Shown here piece by piece: positions 34,206 to 38,699 of a stretch of DNA of 38,699 nt. The stretch covers positions 1-38,699 of the forward strand of contig JBGPHH010000003.1 of assembly GCA_041484265.1 (NCBI GenBank), read 5' to 3'. Position 1 is the first letter of the stretch. Each line of letters opens with the position of its first letter. Position numbers and translations under genes: made by a program. The notes beneath the pieces are model-generated. The model was not told where the DNA came from, ran no database searches, and saw only the letters and a program-made list of their open reading frames with translations. This DNA is from Vicinamibacteria bacterium (GTDB lineage: Bacteria > Acidobacteriota > Vicinamibacteria > Vicinamibacterales > CAVVIG01).

Positions 34206-36128
34206 ATGAGCCTTTGGAAGCCGGTCGAGCTCGCCCTGACGGGCGGCGCTCGGCTCGCGTGGCCGATATTTCAGGCAGTCAACAGGCGGTTCGAGGGTAA
34301 GTCGTTCCAGCCGCGGTGGTCCGACGCGCCGCTCATGAAGAGCCGCGAGCGGTCGAGCCCGTCGCTCGGATGGCCGCGAACGACCGACTCGCTCTGCCCC
34401 ACCTGCGTGCGGGAGACGCGCGCACGCATCCTTTCGGGCGAACAGTCGATCGAGTCGCTGGTCAATCAGCACGTCGGCGAAATCCCGGCCTCCATCGTCG
34501 AACGGGACGGCAAGATCGTGGTCGAGAAGACCTGCCCGATTCACGGCACGTTTACCGACACGCTCGCGATCAATCCGGATTTCCTCAAGCGCATCGAGTC
34601 GCTCTTCCCCGGGCGCGACTTCGACGCGGTGACCGATCGCCTCCACAATCACGGCACCTCCTCGATCAAGCATGGCCGTGGCGCCGTGCTCACTATCGAT
34701 CTCACGAACCGCTGCAACATGATGTGCGATCCGTGTTTCATGGACGCCAATCAGGTCGGGTACGTCCACGAGCTGACGTTGGACGAAGTCAAGCAGCTCC
34801 TCGACGACGCGGTGAGCATCAAGCCGCGCCGGCAGATGACCGTGCAGTTCTCGGGCGGCGAGCCGACGATCTCGCCGATCTTCCTCGACGCCGTCCGATA
34901 CGCCAGACACGTCGGCTACTTCAGCGTGCAGGCGGCGACCAACGGTATCCGCTTTGCGCAGGAACCGGCGTTCGCGCAGGAGGCGCGCGAGGCGGGTCTC
35001 CGGATCGCTTACCTGCAGTTTGATGGCGTGTCGGAGCAGGCCAACGCGCACCGCAAGGTCGCCAATCTGTTCGACGTGAAGCTGCGCGCGATCGAGAATC
35101 TGCACGCGGCCGGCATCGACGTCTGCCTCGTGGTCACGATCGTGAACACGGTCAACGATCAGCAGGTCGGGCCGATCGTCAAGTTCGCCCTGCAGAACTG
35201 CGACAAGATCAGTTTCGTCTCGTTCCAGCCCGTCTCGTTCACGGGGCGCGACGAAGACATCTCAGACGAGGAGCGCCACGCCAAGCGCTACACCTTGTCG
35301 CACCTCGCAGAAGACCTAAAGCGACAGACAGGAGTGACCGAGCCGCTGCGCGACTGGTTCCCCCTCTCTGCCTCGAGCGTCCTGTCCGATGTCACCGACC
35401 TGCTGCAGGGTCCGGGCGCCGACTGGGGCACGCTCAAGTGCGGCTGCCATCCGGACTGCGGCGTGGGCATGGGGTTCATGGTCAGCAAGAAGACCAAGGA
35501 GTGGGCGCCAGTCTCGGCGTTCATCAACGTCGACCGCGTGCTGCAGGACGCCAAAGTGATCGCCGACACAGCGCGCGGCCGGTGGCTGACGACGGCGCAG
35601 ACGGCGTTGAGCCTGCTGCGCAACTACTCTCCGCTGAGCGCGCCGAAAGGCTTCAATCTGATCGATCTGGTGCGCAAGTTCGACAAGCAGAGCGGTGGAC
35701 AGCTCGGCGGGCGGCTCGGCGCGTGCGAGGACGGAAAACGGAAGAACGACGAGTGGCTGTTGATGTTCGTCGCCGGCATGTGGTTCCAGGATCTCTGGAC
35801 CTACGACTTCCGGCGCACCGAAATGTGCATCATCCCCTACGCGACGCAAATGGGCGAGATCTCCTTCTGCGCCTACAACACGGGCGTCGGATGGCGACAG
35901 ATCGTCGAACAAATGTACCAGAACGCGACCGTCGCCGACTGGTACCGCGAGCACGGCAAGCACCCGGTTTACGCGCACGCCCAGAAGGCCGTGCCGTTGC
36001 CGTCGATGGGGCAGCCCGTGACGCTGCAAATCCCGAAAAACGGCCGCCTCGTGGAATGGTCGCCCAAAGCGGCGCCGGTCGGTGTGCCCGACCTGGCGCT
36101 CGCGTGTGAAGCGTCGGGCCCGGAATAG
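34206..36128 (+). CDS. tes: Radical SAM protein homologous to tetraether lipid synthase Tes/GDGT-MAS (MJ0619 family)
   Basis: TDSLCPTC...KTCPIHG N-terminal metal site; IDLTNRCNMMCDPCF; QFSGGEPT; ATNG; YLQFDG; FQPVSFTGR; CHPDCG; MWFQD..YD; CIIPYAT...SFCAYN. Confidence 0.78.
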   Translation: MSLWKPVELALTGGARLAWPIFQAVNRRFEGKSFQPRWSDAPLMKSRERSSPSLGWPRTTDSLCPTCVRETRARILSGEQSIESLVNQHVGEIPASIVERDGKIVVEKTCPIHGTFTDTLAINPDFLKRIESLFPGRDFDAVTDRLHNHGTSSIKHGRGAVLTIDLTNRCNMMCDPCFMDANQVGYVHELTLDEVKQLLDDAVSIKPRRQMTVQFSGGEPTISPIFLDAVRYARHVGYFSVQAATNGIRFAQEPAFAQEAREAGLRIAYLQFDGVSEQANAHRKVANLFDVKLRAIENLHAAGIDVCLVVTIVNTVNDQQVGPIVKFALQNCDKISFVSFQPVSFTGRDEDISDEERHAKRYTLSHLAEDLKRQTGVTEPLRDWFPLSASSVLSDVTDLLQGPGADWGTLKCGCHPDCGVGMGFMVSKKTKEWAPVSAFINVDRVLQDAKVIADTARGRWLTTAQTALSLLRNYSPLSAPKGFNLIDLVRKFDKQSGGQLGGRLGACEDGKRKNDEWLLMFVAGMWFQDLWTYDFRRTEMCIIPYATQMGEISFCAYNTGVGWRQIVEQMYQNATVADWYREHGKHPVYAHAQKAVPLPSMGQPVTLQIPKNGRLVEWSPKAAPVGVPDLALACEASGPE

Positions 36129-36147
36129 CGGCCCGCCAGAGCCTTCC

Positions 36148-36789
36148 TTATTTGAAATACCAGTGAGCTAGCGCGACGAACCCGGGGCCGCCGACGCTGC
36201 CAACCCCGGCATACGGGTTATTGCTTGGTGTGAACTCGAGCTCGCCGCTCACCCCGAGCTTGGGCACCTGCGGGAAAAACATTTCAACGCCACCAAGAAT
36301 CAGCACGTTGGTGTCGGTCGTGTCGGCAAAGCTGAAGTTCGCAAAGCCTGGATACGACGATTGAATGATGCTGAGGCCGCCACCCACGAAGGGGCGAATC
36401 GAGAGCGGCGCATCCACTTGAAGGGGTGCGAATTCGTAGAGGACGGCGGGCGTGAACTGGGTCGAGGAGTAACCGACGTACCCGTAGTGAGACAGGCCCA
36501 CCTGAAATCCCCAGGGAGACTGGAACCAGGAGCGCAGCGACGCGCCAATGCCGAAGCCGAAGCCGCCGGTCCGGAGGCCGACCCCGAGCTTGCGTTCGTC
36601 GGTGGCCGCAGGCTTCGCGGTTCCCCGACGAACCTGAAAGAGAAACTCAGGGGTCGCCGCGGGCGGGACCACGAGGCTCTGAGCCACCTTTGAGGCATCG
36701 AAGGTGAAGACTTCCTGTGCCGAGGCTGGCGCGACCGCCGCACCGAGCACAACCATCAGGACGCTTCCACCGATCGCCGTCAGACGCAT
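36148..36789 (-). CDS. Small outer-membrane beta-barrel protein (8-strand, OmpA/OmpW-like)
   Basis: Signal peptide ending ASA-Q, AAGGAG RBS, PFVGGG strand, C-terminal HWYFK. Confidence 0.65.
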   Translation of the reverse strand: MRLTAIGGSVLMVVLGAAVAPASAQEVFTFDASKVAQSLVVPPAATPEFLFQVRRGTAKPAATDERKLGVGLRTGGFGFGIGASLRSWFQSPWGFQVGLSHYGYVGYSSTQFTPAVLYEFAPLQVDAPLSIRPFVGGGLSIIQSSYPGFANFSFADTTDTNVLILGGVEMFFPQVPKLGVSGELEFTPSNNPYAGVGSVGGPGFVALAHWYFK

Positions 36790-36865
36790 ACACACGCTCC
36801 TTCAATTAATCCCATCCACGTTCGGCCCTCATCTGCCGCTCAGCCTATCCACCGCAAACCAAACC

Positions 36866-36880
36866 TGTCAATGACATTGA
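36866..36880. promoter_or_regulatory. Nested palindromes TGTCA-A-TGACA and TCAATG-A-CATTGA (candidate operator)
   Basis: Two perfect overlapping inverted repeats in the AT-richer divergent gap between the two OMP genes, about 30 nt before TAATAAT. Confidence 0.4.
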
Positions 36881-36953
36881 GAAACCGGGGATCGGCGGAA
36901 GAATGTGGTTAATAATCGATCTGCTGACTCACGGTCTTCCTGATGGAGCCCAC

Positions 36954-37421
36954 ATGAACACGTCTGCAACACGCACGGTTGTACTGCTCGCCTGTCTGCT
37001 GGTAGGCCTTTCGGCGAGATCCGCTCAGGCGCAAAGCCTCACGGAGATCGGCGGCCGGCTCGGTGTGAGCGGCGATCCGACGCAGTTTTACATCGGCGGT
37101 CACGGCGACTTCGGTCCGGTGATCGACAAGCTCTCGTTCCGTCCGAACCTCGAGCTCGGCGTCGGCGACAATGTCACGGAACTCGGATTCAACTTCGAGT
37201 TCGCGTACAAGATCCCCGTGCCGAACCGGCCGGTGACGGCCTACATCGGAGCCGGACCGGCGCTCGTGATAGCCCACACCACGAATAACACCGACACAGG
37301 AGGTGGATTCAACATCCTGTTCGGCGCGCAGCATTCCAATGGGCTCTTTAGTGAAATCAAGTTCGGGATCCACGCCAGCCCGACCTTCAAGTTCGGTATC
37401 GGCTATTCGTGGAAGCATTGA
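36954..37421 (+). CDS. Small outer-membrane beta-barrel protein
   Basis: Signal peptide ending AQA-Q, GGAG RBS, FRPNLELG, YIGAGPAL, C-terminal FGIGYSW. Confidence 0.65.
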   Translation: MNTSATRTVVLLACLLVGLSARSAQAQSLTEIGGRLGVSGDPTQFYIGGHGDFGPVIDKLSFRPNLELGVGDNVTELGFNFEFAYKIPVPNRPVTAYIGAGPALVIAHTTNNTDTGGGFNILFGAQHSNGLFSEIKFGIHASPTFKFGIGYSWKH

Positions 37422-37431
37422 AATCCTGAGG

Positions 37432-38699
37432 TCAGTGCTCGCGCTCGATCTGCTGGCGCAGCGCCCGCATGAGAGGCTCGGACCCGGTAAAGAGGCCTTC
37501 CGGAAAGCGGCGGTACTTGATGATGTCGCCGTAGATCCGGTCGCTCTCGTACCGTTCTAAGCCCAGTCCCGCCAGGTACTGCAGCCGCAGATCGTTGTCG
37601 TGGTTGATCGAGGCATCCTTCATCCACTCGCTGAGGTCGGCCGCCCGGCCGGCGTACGTCGCAAAGAGATCAACGGCCGACGTGATGCCGATTTCGCGGA
37701 GTGATTGTGCGACGGCGGCGTACGCCGGCTGCTTGAGGCGCGCGTCCACGTCATCGAGGTCGATGCGCGTGGGCTCCGCCTGCCCCACCAGGACCATGTC
37801 GTACCCGACGCCCCTGAACGTGTTACCCGCGATGACCCCGTTCGGAAAGACGTCAAAGAAGGTTGCGACCTCGCTCTTGACGGCTTCTGGCGTGCTCTCG
37901 TAGAGCTGGACGAACAACGTGACGATGCCGCCGGGGTTGAGGTGCGCTTTGGCCGCTTCGAAGAACTCCTTGGTGTAGAGCGTCGCCGCACCCTTCACCC
38001 AGGGATCGAGTGGATCGGACGTGATCCCATCAAACTTTTCCCGGCTGGTGAGCAGGAAGTGCCGCGCATCATCAATCTGCACGTGCACCTTGGGGTTGCC
38101 GACGACGTTGTAGTTGTGTTCGCCGAAGTACTTTGAGACGACCTGCGGGACGAGCGGCTCAATTTCGGCGATCGTGACGCGTTCGACCTGCGGGCTGATG
38201 CTGACCGCGCCGGCTGTCACGCCGGCGCCGCATCCGATGACGAGCACAGACCGCGGACTCTTCGGCACAAGGGTCGTCAGGTGCCCGAGCATCCGCTGCA
38301 GTCGCATGTCTTCGGGCTCGCTCGAGGCCTGAATCTTGCCGGCGTTGTGATAGCCGAGCCTGCCGCTCGGCAGACGCGAGACGGCGACTGAAGAATTGAG
38401 TCCCTCGCCCACGTAGAAGATGTCGCCCGTCTGACCGAGAACGGTGGCGGCGTACCGGCCGTAGGCGACGAGAATACCCGGCACTGGCCGCACGCTTCCG
38501 ACGAGAACGCCCGTGGCGCCGAGCGCGACGAGGACGACCAGGACGCCGGCCCATTGGAATCGGGCGGGGCGTTGAGGCGGATTGGCGTCGTGTGCCGCTT
38601 CAGCCCGACCATTCACGAAAGCCGGCCCCAGGCTAAATGCGCCGGCGAGCGCCGACACCACCAAAAAACCCAGCAGCGCATGCAGCGAGCCGACCCACA
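37432..38699 (-). CDS. Fused membrane (MFS-like)/spermidine-synthase-like SAM-fold protein, 5'-truncated by the window edge
   Basis: Frame open to the window end. TM segments, then EGLNSSVAV, VLVIGCGAGVT, AEIEP, DDARHFL, FDGITSDP, LYTKEFF...HLNPGG. Confidence 0.85.
   Translation of the reverse strand, partial: WVGSLHALLGFLVVSALAGAFSLGPAFVNGRAEAAHDANPPQRPARFQWAGVLVVLVALGATGVLVGSVRPVPGILVAYGRYAATVLGQTGDIFYVGEGLNSSVAVSRLPSGRLGYHNAGKIQASSEPEDMRLQRMLGHLTTLVPKSPRSVLVIGCGAGVTAGAVSISPQVERVTIAEIEPLVPQVVSKYFGEHNYNVVGNPKVHVQIDDARHFLLTSREKFDGITSDPLDPWVKGAATLYTKEFFEAAKAHLNPGGIVTLFVQLYESTPEAVKSEVATFFDVFPNGVIAGNTFRGVGYDMVLVGQAEPTRIDLDDVDARLKQPAYAAVAQSLREIGITSAVDLFATYAGRAADLSEWMKDASINHDNDLRLQYLAGLGLERYESDRIYGDIIKYRRFPEGLFTGSEPLMRALRQQIEREH

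Overview
High-GC bacterial DNA, probably Acidobacteriota (Vicinamibacteria-like, inferred from a GTAG-type REP palindrome, DUF6644-like pairs and gene content). It is densely coding; I saw no rRNA, tRNA, CRISPR array or mobile element. Three blocks stand out. (1) 2.3-9.1 kb: a minus-strand operon of monoheme cytochrome c, Rieske protein, cytochrome b-c fusion, decaheme MtrA/DmsE-type cytochrome and MtrB/PioB-type porin. This is a porin-cytochrome electron conduit with its own Rieske/cyt b quinol oxidoreductase. It is followed by a sigma54-promoter-preceded pair: an Nfu-domain protein and a sensor-less, Cys-rich enhancer-binding protein. (2) 14.0-33.4 kb: an aryl-polyene/flexirubin-like type II PKS lipid cluster (KS, inactive KS/CLF, ACP, KR, DH, AMP ligase, MMPL, LolA, GT2, acyltransferase, deacetylase, DUF2062-methyltransferase). 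It also carries a flavin-dependent halogenase-like enzyme, an HpnR-like B12 radical SAM enzyme and a ~980-aa multidomain outer-membrane protein. (3) 34.2-36.1 kb: a radical SAM protein with the motif set of archaeal tetraether lipid synthase (Tes/GDGT-MAS), one gene away from the lipid cluster. Flanks: partial gltD, an alcohol dehydrogenase, a DHOD-like flavoprotein, an APH/AAA kinase, an atypical intradiol dioxygenase, two small beta-barrels and a partial MFS-spermidine-synthase-like fusion. All product calls come from motif recognition, not database searches; several start codons were moved downstream of the ORF-track starts.
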